This document shows positions 44,031 to 56,090 of a DNA stretch of 64,000 nucleotides, one piece after another; within the stretch, counting starts at the first letter, position 1; each line of letters begins with the position of its first letter. The notes beneath the pieces are model-generated. The model made no database searches. It was not told the origin of the DNA and saw only the letters and a list, made by a program, of their open reading frames with translations. The stretch lies in the NCBI RefSeq assembly GCF_009914755.1, contig NC_060925.1. The stretch is one strand, 5' to 3'. The stretch is from the human T2T-CHM13v2.0 reference genome, Homo sapiens. Position numbers and translations under genes: made by a program.

Positions 44031-44440
44031 TGTCTTACTCCATTTGTGTTGCTATAAAGGAATAGCAGAAGTAGGTAATTTGTAAAGAAAAGAGGCTTAT
44101 TTGGCTCATAGTTCTGTAGGCTGTATAAGAAGCATGGCACCAACATCTGCATCTGGTGAGAACCTCAAGTATCTGCTTCTATTCATGGCAAAACGTCAAG
44201 GGAAGCTACTGTAGGCAGCTCACATGGTGAGAAAGAGAATAGAGGAGGTGCCAAAGTCTTTTAAACAACCAGCTCGAGGTAACTAGAAGTGAGAACTCAC
44301 TCACTCGAGAATAGTATTGAGACATTCATGAGATCTGTTCCCACCTCTTACCAGGTTCCATCTCCAACAATGGGGATCAAATTTTAACACGAGACTTGGT
44401 GACTTGGCAGGGCCAAACAAACCATACCCAAATCATACCA
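44031..44440 (-). mobile_element. MST (MSTB-like) MaLR solo LTR
   Basis: tgtcttactccatttgtgttgctataaaggaata...aaatcatacca. Perfect 5-bp TSD ttctc at 44026-44030 and 44441-44445. Confidence 0.92.
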
Positions 44441-44489
44441 TTCTCAATACTCAACTATATAACATTATACTTAAATAATATCTCAATCT

Positions 44490-44820
44490 GGCCAAGCACA
44501 GTGGCTCATGCCTGTAATTCCAGCACTTTGGGAGGCTGAGGTGGGCAGATCACGAGGTCTGGAGATTGAGACCACCCTGGCTAATACGGTGAAACCCCAT
44601 CTCTACTAAAAATACAAAAATATTAGCCGGGCGTGGTGGCGGGTGCCCGTAGTCCCAGCTACTTGGGAGGTTGAGGCAGGAGAATCTCTGGAACCCAGGA
44701 GGCGGGAGGTTGCAGTGAACCGAGATTGCGCCAATGCATTCAAGCCTGGTGACAGAGTGAGACCCCATCTCAAAAAAAAAAAAAAAAAGAAAAAGAAAGA
44801 AAGAAAAAAAAAAAAAGAAA
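44490..44820 (+). mobile_element. AluSc-like, full length
   Basis: gatcacgaggtc and the Sc-type gcctggtgacagag deletion. Long A/AAAG tail. Confidence 0.95.
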
Positions 44821-45699
44821 ATCCCAATCCCTGGACCCCCCAAAAAGGCAGTACCTAGCATCTTCTTTTTCCAGGTATAAGTGAAAAATATTTTCAAATA
44901 CAGAGAAATGAATTTTAAAACACTATCTCTGAATTACATAAGCATTTGAATTTATTTTAATGTATTTATTTATTTTTATTTTTCTTATAGTAAACAAAGA
45001 TAATAGCTTAACACAAAAACAACAGTTTTTAACTTATAAAATGGGAATCCTTTGAATCTGAAAATATTGCCTTAGTTATCATATGATAATATAGAATGTG
45101 AAAGAGGTAACTGTTTTAGTAAAAGGCAAAAGATTTATACAATCTGAAAAGAAACAAAGAAACAAGAGCATACAACTATATTTTAGAACACTAAAAAGTG
45201 CTATATTAAAAAAAATAACTTCGCTTTAAATACTGCTATTTCTTTTTATAATATGATTTCTTAAAAATTTAGCCCACAAAGAAGCAAATTCAAAGTCCAA
45301 AAGGAGTCCTAAGTTTCCTCAAAGATAATATGGTAATTAAATAATGTAAAACAATACTCTGTGTAAAATCATTTTGTTGGAACTGTACATTTCAGAAATG
45401 ATTTTGGAGGAGTAATTGAAATTGAGTTAGTTGCTTGCTGTTTTCCCATGGAAGATATCAGGTTAATAAGAGTTGTGTTAGGCAGGAATATACAGAAACT
45501 AAGGATAAGTTTTGAAGTTTACTCTTTCCTTCTCTGCTACCCACACTGATGAAAAATTCACTGTGTCTAAGAATTTATATAGATTAAAGGAAGTGATTGT
45601 ATTTTACCAAACATACAACTTAATCTAAGCATATTAAATATTTTAGAATATATTAAATGGTATATTTAATATTAGGCACATATGTAATCCATATGTTTA

Positions 45700-46150
45700 T
45701 GTTTATTTCTTTTTTTGTTATACACACATCTTTCAAAAATGAGTATAATCCATATTTACTTTTAAAACCAGTTATCCTTCTTTTATCATTAAAGAGCCTT
45801 ATAAAATTATGATTAGCTACACGGCATTTCATGTTACATATATTCCATACTGTTCTTAGTAATCCCTTTATTATGGATTATAATTTTTCAATTTTCTCCA
45901 ATAAAAGAAACTTTTTAATGAATTATCCTAAATATGCCTTAAATATGAGTCTTTGTGCTTAGCTATAATCTTTTTACAGGGAAAATTCCTAAAAATATAA
46001 AAACAAGGTTCTTAAGATGCTCTGAATTCTGCTCACCAGAAATACATATTAATTTATACATACAACCACAGGTGAATGAAGATACCCTTTTCAAAATGTG
46101 CTTACAAAAACTAAAATATTTTCTTTCTTTCCCCTTTTACGTTTATGATT
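45700..46150 (-). mobile_element. Very old L1ME-like fragment
   Basis: Loose resemblance to an antisense L1ME ORF2 end and 3'UTR. Confidence 0.4.
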
Positions 46151-46689
46151 GTCAGTTTTATAGTGGTAGAACTAGTTACTTTTAAAGAAATAAAAAACAA
46201 AACCTGCAATGGCTGCAGGTTCTGGAAATCCGCAAAGAAGGCATGGATAAGGATCTGCAGGTAGGTCAATTAGGGCTAGCACCGGGCACTTACTGTTGGC
46301 AGCAGCAGAAAGTCAGGTAATAACTTTAATGGAAATGGAAGAGTCTGGGTACTGTCATCAGACTCAGAGATTGACCCAAGGCATCACAATCTAAGGAAAT
46401 GCCTGCAGTGAGTTCAAAGATTCACTTTTTCCTTAGTTCTACTAGAGAACATATTTTAAGTAATGGTTGATAATAGCGTACATTTAATAAGTAAGTTTAT
46501 GGAGGCATTTTTCTTTCCTTAAATGTTGAAAGTGTATACATTATCCACAAATACAAGCTGAAACAGTGTTTCTTCAATTTTGTGTCTGAAAATCATTCAT
46601 AAATAATATCAAAACTTTATATTCTTGGTACATGTCAGTTGGAGATCCTACATGAATTATTTGGGGGAAGGTCAGGATAATGAACTACA

Positions 46690-48318
46690 CAAAAAATGGT
46701 CAACAACTTTCCAAAATTAATAACACACAAACCCAGATACATATAAAGCAAAATAGACTAAAAATTATTGAACAATTAATTAATTAAATTACACTTTGGC
46801 ATATCCTTTTGAACCGCAGAAAACAAAAAGACAAAGAAAATATTGAACAAAGTGAGACCAAAAAATTAAACAACCAAATAAATAAAAACTTTACCTACAG
46901 AGGAACAAGAATAATAATTATAGTAGACTTCTCATCAGAAACCTTGCAAGGAATGGCAGTACAATATTTAAAATGTTGAAAGAAGATAAACATCCTTTCA
47001 CCTGAATTCTACACCCAGTGAAATTATCTTTTAAATGTAAAGGAAAAATGAAGACTCTTAGTTAAAAAATTCTGGGAATTCAGTGCCATCAGACAAGCTC
47101 CGCAAGAAATATTAAAATTAGTTTTTTAGGAAAAAAGAAAGAAAAATGATGTAGGTCGACACTTCAGTCTGCAAAAAAAGGTTACAGCATTGAGTAAGAA
47201 ATTGAAAGTAAACAAAAAAACCAACAACAAATAAAAATGCTCCTTTTTACTTATTAATTGACCTAAGAAATAACTATGAAAGTAATAATAATAAAATATA
47301 TTAATTAATTTATCCATATTTCATTTATGTAGATAAACGAAATAAACAACAATATCACAAGGGGCAGGAGGGAGGATTTGTTAAAGGGTGCCTGCGCTGC
47401 ATGGGAATGTACATAGTGTTACTTGCAAACGGACTTACATTAATTAAAAATGTATACTGAAATCTCTAGGGCAACAACTAACAAATTTTTAAAATGTAGT
47501 TGATAGAATAATAAAACATACTCAGTTAAAACCAGAGAAGGCAAAAAAGAGAGGGATATAGAAACAAGGCACAAATATAGCAAATATAAACCAGTTACAG
47601 AAATGGTAATTATTGACCTATAGATATTTATGGTCACTTTAAATGTGAGTGGTATAAATGCTTCAATTGAATACAGATATCCTCAAAATGAATTTTTAAA
47701 AATATCTAATTACATGTTGTCTAAAAGAAACCTTCATTAAATATAAATGTTTGGATACATTAAAACTAAAGGGATGGAAAAATAGACACCATGCTATTAT
47801 GGAATGAATATTCTTGCAAAATTCATACTCTGAAGTTTTTACCCCATGTGTGACTATGTTGGGAGATAGGGTTTCTAAGGAAGTAATTAAGGTCAAGTGA
47901 CATCAAAAAGCTGGGGCCCAGATTTGATAGGAGTAGTGCTGTTTTAAGAGACATGGTCTATTCCCATGCACCAAGGAAAGGCAATGTGAAGACATAGTGA
48001 GAAAGTGACCATCTAAACCCAGGAATTTGTCAGCATCTTGACCATGGACTTGCAGCCTCCAAAACTGTGAAAAATTAAATGTATTTGCTTAAGCCATCAG
48101 TTTGTTTTATTTTGTTATAACAGCCTAAGCAGACTAAAACATACAGAAAAAACAGATTTCAGAACAAGGAAACGTATCAAGGATCAAGGAGGGCACTGCA
48201 TGATGATAAACGGATGATTTCTGTAAGAAGACATAACAATCTTTAGCATGTATGCATCTAATAATAACACATTAAAATATATGAGGCTAAAACTGATAGA
48301 ACTGTAAGGAAAAATAGC
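46690..48318 (+). mobile_element. Old L1M (L1MC/MD-like) ORF1 end to ORF2 start, interrupted by MLT1A0
   Basis: agacttctcatcagaaacc (ORF1). cactttaaatgtgagtggtataaatgcttcaatt and tgttgtctaaaagaaac correspond to the endonuclease start (TLNVNGLNAPI, CCLQET). Confidence 0.8.
47792..48141 (+). mobile_element. MLT1A0-like MaLR solo LTR
   Basis: tatggaatgaat...aaaattcatac...ggacttgcagcctccaaaactgtga...cagcctaagcagactaaaaca. Confidence 0.85.
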
Positions 48319-48808
48319 TAATGTCTGGGTAGTGGTGTTTTCTTACTATAATTTTTAAATCACCCAGGAATCCTTCGTAATAAATGGTGAACAATATGAA
48401 CTATAAAGTTAGAAATTTTTTGGAAATAGCAACTTTATTCTCAAATACAACATTTTTAAATCTTAAAATCTGCCAAATAACACAAAGATGCTAGAAGCAA
48501 TAAAAGTCATAATACATAAAGTCCCTCACTGAAAATGCATAAGAACATTTCACTGATGAAAGGGTATCCTGAAATTCGTTCATGACTTTGCTAAAAAAGA
48601 ATTCCTTGCTAGTGTCGAAACGGAATTTCAAAACTCATTTATATACAAAAATTATTCAGACAAGTAACAGTAATTAGCTACTATTTTTAAAAATCTCCAA
48701 CATTACATCAGAATCCAAATCTGGAAAACATTAATTATAAGACATACAGAAAATTTTAAGGATCAACTTTCATGCTTTCTATATCTTTTTACTTACAACA
48801 TTAAACAG

Positions 48809-48815
48809 GCGCGCG

Positions 48816-48848
<33 letters not shown>
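48809..48848. repeat. (GC)8(AC)12 compound microsatellite
   Basis: Seen directly. Confidence 0.97.
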
Positions 48849-49766
48849 TTGCCTTTCAGGGTCTGCTTTTTGTTCTTACACAAATAGATTTCAATCCTTT
48901 TTAGTATAGTAAATGCAGTTAGCCTCCTTGTCCTATTTTTTGTGCCTTTGTTCATTATTTTTATTATTAAAATAAAAGAACTTGACCTCCCAGCAGTTTC
49001 TGAGCAGACAAAATGTCTTCCTAGAAGGTGAGGAGACTTGTACTGATGATACCAGAGCTGGGAGGGAGGAAGTTGACCACAATGACAATAGCAAGCAACA
49101 TGCAGCTTTTTATTATTTAAAATTGAAAGCAAGTTCAGTTGTCATTTTACAGAAAAATAAAGCATATTTTGTTCTTTAGTCTGAATGATGAATGCCTCCT
49201 AACTTTTCATACTAGAAAGAAAATACATTGTTTTTCTTTTTTCTTCTTTTCCTTTTGGCAAAAAAAAAAAAAATCATTCCAAAAAAGATATTGCTGGTCT
49301 TTCATACCCACATTTTCTCTTAACAATGGTAAATTATTGTAAACATTTTTTGTGTGAACATGTGAGGGCAAGAAATAATGTCAAATGGCATATTTTTAAG
49401 CATTTTATTTTATACTATGTTAATCAAATAATTTAACCCTTTCCTTCTCATCTCTGACTGTATTAAATCTCCATCTGCTCTTGTTCTCACCTTGAATTAC
49501 ATTCAATATACATGCATGCTTGTCCAACTCGAATACTTGGAGCTATTGTTTAGATGTGTATTCTTACAAACAGTTCTGAAATCAAGTCCTATTTGCAGAA
49601 TTCTATCATTTATTAAGTTCCCAATGTTCTGAGGTGGGTTATGTCCTTAATATTAGTTTCTAATTCTCTAATTCTTTAAATTTGTAAAGTAGGTAAGGAA
49701 ATATTGACCTCAGAATATACATCAACCCCCTACAGAATTATAACCTATTATAATTTAGTAATATGA

Positions 49767-50129
<363 letters not shown>

Positions 50130-53039
50130 AGTGATTGGTATTCTAACAGAATATGGGGACCACTTTCCTTCACTGCCACTCTCAATTAGACATTCCTTCC
50201 TAGTTTAACAACCCCAGGGGTTAAAAAATTATCTTTATTCTTCACATCAGGAGAAACTTTATAAGTCTTTCTTATATCACACGCCTAACCCTGAATCAAA
50301 TCCAATTTAATACTAGAAGCCTTAGCACTGATCTGGGAAAAAAAAATTAAGATAATTTGAAAGTATAATTTTACTAACTGTGTTCATCAGAATATAATGT
50401 TATGTGTCTAGTTTATTTATATCATGACTCAAATGCCATATGTTCTAATATAGATGAACAAAAGAACATACAAATTATTGCATCTTTGCATTGTCCAGTT
50501 AGGCCTCTGTTAATTATACCTTATGTCCTTTGATTCTAAAGAAACTGCATTTCAGTCCTGACCCACTTTTTCCTCTGTTTTTAATTGGAACAGTGTTATT
50601 TTCTTTTAATTAAATTGCAGTCACAAAGTACCTGAGGTAGAAGCCTAAATAATTTGTGTTAACCTGATTATAGATGGTTATAATATTTTGATGGTGATTT
50701 TTATTATTTTATAATTTTGAATCATTAAAAAATGAGCAGAGCAACTTGATTATATACTGGAAAGATAGAAATATGTTCTCCTTATCACCTATCTCCATTA
50801 ATTATCTTTCTCCATGCCTTCTCTCATGGGATGAAACACTACTAATACTGCAAGTATATACATCAAGTCAATGGAAGTAAAAGCATATTTACTCAGAAGA
50901 CAAATATATCACAAAATGAACTAAATGTATTGAAAAGCAATTATAAAATACTGATATCTAGTAAACATGACAAAATATTTTCAAACACACTATAATTAAA
51001 AGTATGTCTACATAACCAGTGAGCAGGTTTTTTAATAAAATAAGTGGAGTGAATAAATACAAAATTAACACCCTCATTCATGGCTTAAGAAATGGTATAT
51101 AGATATAAATTTTTCTGATAAAAAATTTAAAATATATATCAAAATGTTTCAAAGTAATAAATTATTTTGCTCAATAGTTTATGTTTATCATGAAAAATTA
51201 ATTGACGTATAATTAAATATACTTGAATAATACTTTTTTCCATGCTGTATATACATACAAAACACTCATACAACATGTATATACATATACATGTAAAGGG
51301 AAATAGATGAAAAACTAGAGAAAAGGTTGAATCAATCAGAATACATCTACAGATAGGACACTATATGGCTACTTACAATAGAATTTTCTGACAAGAGTCA
51401 CAGGAAAACTTTCTTGGTTAAATTTAATTACCACTTTCAAGCTGCAAATCATTCCAACATACGATCTCAGTTAAAAGATATTTGTATTCACATATTTTGA
51501 TGGAGGAAAATGGTAGGAAATACATATGCATTGTATCAGTGTCTATCCCTAAATGAACAGCTTTTTTTTGGATGCTTTAAAAAATTGTTCTTATAAACTC
51601 ATAGATTATGAAGTACTTTAAGAAGCCGACATTAAAATTGTTAAAGAAAGTTAATAAAATATCGATAGGCTAGTAACATAGTCAGGGCCTTGCTTTCTGA
51701 ACATCTTGAACTTTTGCTTCAATTAATGACAACCCTATCAAATGTATGCTTTGTTAACTTTTTTAGTTTTTATTTAGAACTTATAAGGTCTTTCAGGATA
51801 TGTATATAACAATAGCATTACATACCTTTAGAAGAATAACAGCATTATATAGTACAGTAATTAAAGAGTTGGCGTTGATTATTTAAAAGAGAATTAAAAT
51901 CCTTTCTATGACCTCCAGTATCTTGTTGAAACTTTCCAAGTCAGGTTAAAGTTAAACAACAGCACAGATCTCATCTCTTATGTTATTTATAAGATACACC
52001 AAAGCATTGGGTAAAAAAATTAAAAAAAGACATCCTATATAGCCTAAGTAGTATTTAATTTCTGTTACAACAGCCTATGTTTGTTTTTCAAACCATGGTT
52101 CTCTGGTTCCATATATATGCTATTCAACTAACAAATTAACTTAAGGATGAATACATATGTATGAATAAATATATGTAGTAATCACTTTGGCATTCTCAAT
52201 ACAGCTTTAATATATTAAAACAGGTACAGGGCTATTTGAAACTATCTACTAAATGATAGTCCAAGTTTTCAGACATAAAGACCTATTTAAGTTACAAATA
52301 AAGTGGGATGTTTTATAACTACATTTCTAGGCCTCACAAAATGATTACTAATTGAATTTTATACCTCCAGGGATTTTATATGCTTTGTTTTATAATGAAC
52401 ATGTGGTACATATTATTTATATTTCATTCATGTCAGTGGCTCATTTCAAGTTACAAGAATCTCCTAAAACTATTGCTATTCTTACAAAATGATGTTTAAG
52501 CATAGTAAATAATTAATTTTAAAGCTGTCTTTAAAATACATAGCTACAACTTAATAACAGTTTAGCAAGACATATTTTTTCTCTCCTTGATCTGTATGGA
52601 CAAATTTTATTTATTATTAAAATTTTGTGTTTTAGAGTGTGATTCTTAAAAATAACCCACATAACATCTAATTCATGAAAACCATTATTGTTAGAAAGAG
52701 AGTATTTCTGATGCAAGTTTGACAATTAATAATATATCTTAGATAAGGGTTTTAAAGGAACAATTAAAAAGATACAACATAATTTTCTTTAACAATTTTC
52801 ATCTTTAAAATATGCACCAGAAGAAAAGAAAACAGAGTGAGAAGTAAACCTTCATATTTACTGATGCTTGTGAGTAGTGTAAGTGATAAGCTGACTGAAC
52901 CAAGGCTGGAGGACAGCAAAAGAGGGTCCTGCCTCAATAGATCCTGGGGCAAAGTCAGCAGAAATGAGAACTCTGTCGCCAACACTAATTAAGCAGTTCT
53001 TCATATGAAAAAGAAAATACATATAGTCTTTCTGGTATG

Positions 53040-53700
53040 ATGGAAAAACAGAGACTCAAGAGCTGAAGAGAAATAAAAGTGAGGACCCTTTAGATTAAAG
53101 GAATTGCTAATGCTGATAATCATTGTTGAAAATGTAGTCTAAGACTTAAAAGACAAGCTTAAGAATATGAAGCAAAATAAAATGTAAGAAGGAATCAAAT
53201 TGAAAATAGTATACATGGAAACAAGACAGATAGAAAAGATACAAAAATAATGTTCCAGAAAATGTTAAGAGCAAACATTTTTAAACTATAAAATCAAATA
53301 CAAAATTCAAGAAAAAATTATAGTAAAATACTAAAACCTAGTCACATGTAAAGGAAAATATTGCTGCGGATTGAGTTACACTCTAGAGTCACAAAGGACT
53401 GCAAAAATAAAGACATCTACTGGTATCTAGACAGAAAGTCACCTCTAAGAGGAAAAATTAGCCTCATATCTTATGTTTTCTCAAAACAAACTATGGAAAT
53501 AATGTCTTCAAATTCCTCAAGGCAAGTTAAGTGTGACCTAAGAAACTGTTGTCCAAGAATAGGCAAAATTAAATATTTTTTGTTATTCTAAAACATAGAA
53601 GGTACTATATATGTGTAGATTTCCTCTTTTTGCATAATAGAAGATAAATAGCTATTTTTAAAAGTTGATAAACCCAGTAACAGAATTATATAATTTAAAG
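53040..53700 (+). mobile_element. Very old L1M ORF1-region remnant
   Basis: A-rich strand bias and weak ORF1-like motifs (gttccagaaaa, acctagtcacat, aaattagcctcatatc). Confidence 0.4.
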
Positions 53701-53711
53701 ATACAAAGTTG

Positions 53712-54003
53712 GGCTGGGCGCAGTGGCTCACGCCTGTAATCTCAGCACTTTGGGAGGCCAAGGTGGGTGGATCACGAGGTCAGGAGATCGAGACCATCCT
53801 GGCTAACACGGTGAAACCCCGTCTCTACTAAAAATACAAAAAATTAGCCGGGTGTGGTGGCAGGCGCCTGTATTCCCAGCTACTCAGGAGGCTGAGGCAG
53901 GAGAATGGCGTGAATCCAGGGGGTGGAGCTTGCAGTGAACCGAGATCACGCCACTGCACTCCAGCCTGGAAGACAGGGCGAGACTCTGTCTCAAAAAAAA
54001 AAA
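53712..54003 (+). mobile_element. AluY, full length
   Basis: AluY diagnostics. TSD aaagata(c/t)aaa(g/c)ttg at 53697-53711 and 54004-54018. Confidence 0.97.
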
Positions 54004-54555
54004 AAAGATATAAACTTGCCTACCATTTTAGAATCATAATAATATTACTCAAGTTAGAACTATAAATGGAGGAGTGAGGAGTGGAGGAAATAAGAAATAG
54101 AAGTGCTCTATTTTCTCTTCTTTTATCACAGCAATTTAGCAATTAAAATCCTATAAGGTTATAACATTTCTAAATATTCCAAATAACTACAGGAACATTG
54201 ATAAATTTATATTGCATAAATTTACAAAGGTAAACAGTATAAGAACTAAGCGGTTTATAATTATTCCAAATTACTACATGGAGAACTTCTACTAGCACAT
54301 ACGAAAATAAACCATATGGCTAAATATATAATAACAATGGTTTCAAAATATAAATCATTACATAAAATAGGATTCAGAATTAAGAACATATATTTTATAT
54401 CAATAAATAAATGTAGATCTCCACAATCAAAAGTCATGTCATAATGATTCAATGAACAGAATCCAAGCACAGGTGCTATTCAAGAATTAGGTAAACCAAA
54501 GTCATTTAGCAACAATGAAACTCAACCGTGAGATGAAACATGTCAGGTACACATT

Positions 54556-54691
54556 GAAGGAAAGGAAAGGAAAAGAGAGGAGAGGAGGAGAGGAGAGGGG
54601 AGAAGAGAAGAGAGGAGAGAGGAGGGGAGATAGGAGGGGAGGGGCAAGAGGAAGGGAGAGAGGAGGGAAGGAAGCCAGGAAGAGAAAGAAA

Positions 54692-54698
<7 letters not shown>
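54556..54698. repeat. GA-rich (GGAGA/GGAAA) polypurine tract
   Basis: Seen directly. Confidence 0.9.
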
Positions 54699-54703
<5 letters not shown>

Positions 54704-54723
<20 letters not shown>

Positions 54724-54953
54724 GCAGAACAAGAAATTTATTAGCTCATCTAGCTGGGAAAAATGTTATGTTATGTTATGTTATGTTATGTTATGTTATG
54801 TTATGTTATGTTATGTTATGTTATGTTATGTTATATTATGTTCTGTTATGTTATGTTATGTTATGTCATGTTACGTTATTTTGAGACGGAGTCTTGTTCT
54901 GTCGCCCAGGCAGAAGTGCAGTGGTGCGATCTCGGCTCACTGCAACCTCTGCC
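54704..54953 (-). mobile_element. Retroposed composite insert: AluS 3' stub, (TAACA)n tail, 42-bp tag with AATAAA, poly(A)
   Basis: Perfect 16-bp TSD gaaaaaagaaatcttt at 54688-54703 and 54954-54969. Poly(T) to 54721, tttatt at 54737-54742, (TGTTA)n at 54764-54879, Alu at 54880-54953. Confidence 0.88.
54764..54879. repeat. (TGTTA)n pentanucleotide repeat derived from an Alu tail
   Basis: Seen directly; abuts the Alu 3' end. Confidence 0.97.
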
Positions 54954-55539
54954 GAAAAAAGAAATCTTTAAAACAATAACAGCCAAAAGTGATTTTAGGG
55001 TCAACATTTTTGTGACCAAATAAATGCAATTTTCATTTTATATACTATATACTCCTCATGAAGTTCTTTCAAGAATATGTATGAAAGAACAGCAGAACAT
55101 TGCTTTTAAGAAACAAAATCTATGAGGAAATATACATTCTTCTCATTGAAGAGGCAATATTTTTTCATACTTTTTTAGTTCTACTTCTATGTATGTGGGA
55201 CTCAGTATGTTAAAGTTTTATTTAAAATTCAGGAAAACATTTTTTCTCTCTTGACAATCTGTAGAATAATTGTTTTTTCTTGCCAGGGTTAATGAGTCAA
55301 CTTTAAGAATCAAATGAGTCATAAATTTGTTGCTCTAGTTTGGACTTAGCTGGTTCATTTTGAAAGCAATAAGCAAGGATACTTGAACATACATTTCTTT
55401 AATATATCCAAAGTACTCTCTTGGTTCCAATTAAGAACCTTACAACTTGAGAACAGTTGAATAATAACTCCTTACGAATTGAAAGATATATATCATTTAG
55501 TAATGTACGTGAAAATATGAAATGACTTTCAGTCAAATG

Positions 55540-56090
55540 AAAAGTTGATTAAAAACTTTCATAATGGTCAATATTAGAAAGAGTTAGAAACAAAGAGAAA
55601 TTCACATATTGTAAGTGCAATAGGAAATCAGTATGAAATTTGATCACTGAATCATAATTTGCTGATATTATTTTGCATTTATTTGACTCTGAAATCCACT
55701 TCAAGTATTTTCTCACAAACATATATGCACAAAGATGGATGATGTGTATGTTTTTGCAATATGGACCCTGAAGCAACTTAGTGTCCATCACTAACACTAA
55801 ATAATGGTCTAACAATGAAGTACACTATTATGTGGCTAACAAAAAGAATAAAATAGATCTAAATATGCAGAAATGAAAGAATCTTCAAGATATAAGTGAA
55901 AGAATGGTTCAAAAGAATGTTATTTTTCTCTTATTTCTATGTAAACATTGCATGTTTCTGGAAGGATGCATACAAAACAAGGATAAGTAGTTGTCTCTCA
56001 TAGGAGAAACTGCAGATCTTGGGTGGGAAGGAGACTTACTTTCCTCATTTTAACTATGAATACTATTTGTGTGATTGTATGTGTATATAC
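55540..56090 (+). mobile_element. L1ME-like ORF2 end and 3'UTR fragment
   Basis: ctgaagcaacttagtgtccatca...aaaaagaataaaatagatct...tctggaaggatgcatac...ggtgggaaggagacttacttt. Confidence 0.6.

Noticed and set aside
54502-55023. ORFs of 76-154 aa including MLCYV repeats
   Set aside because: These are translations of the GA-rich tract, (TGTTA)n and Alu sequence.
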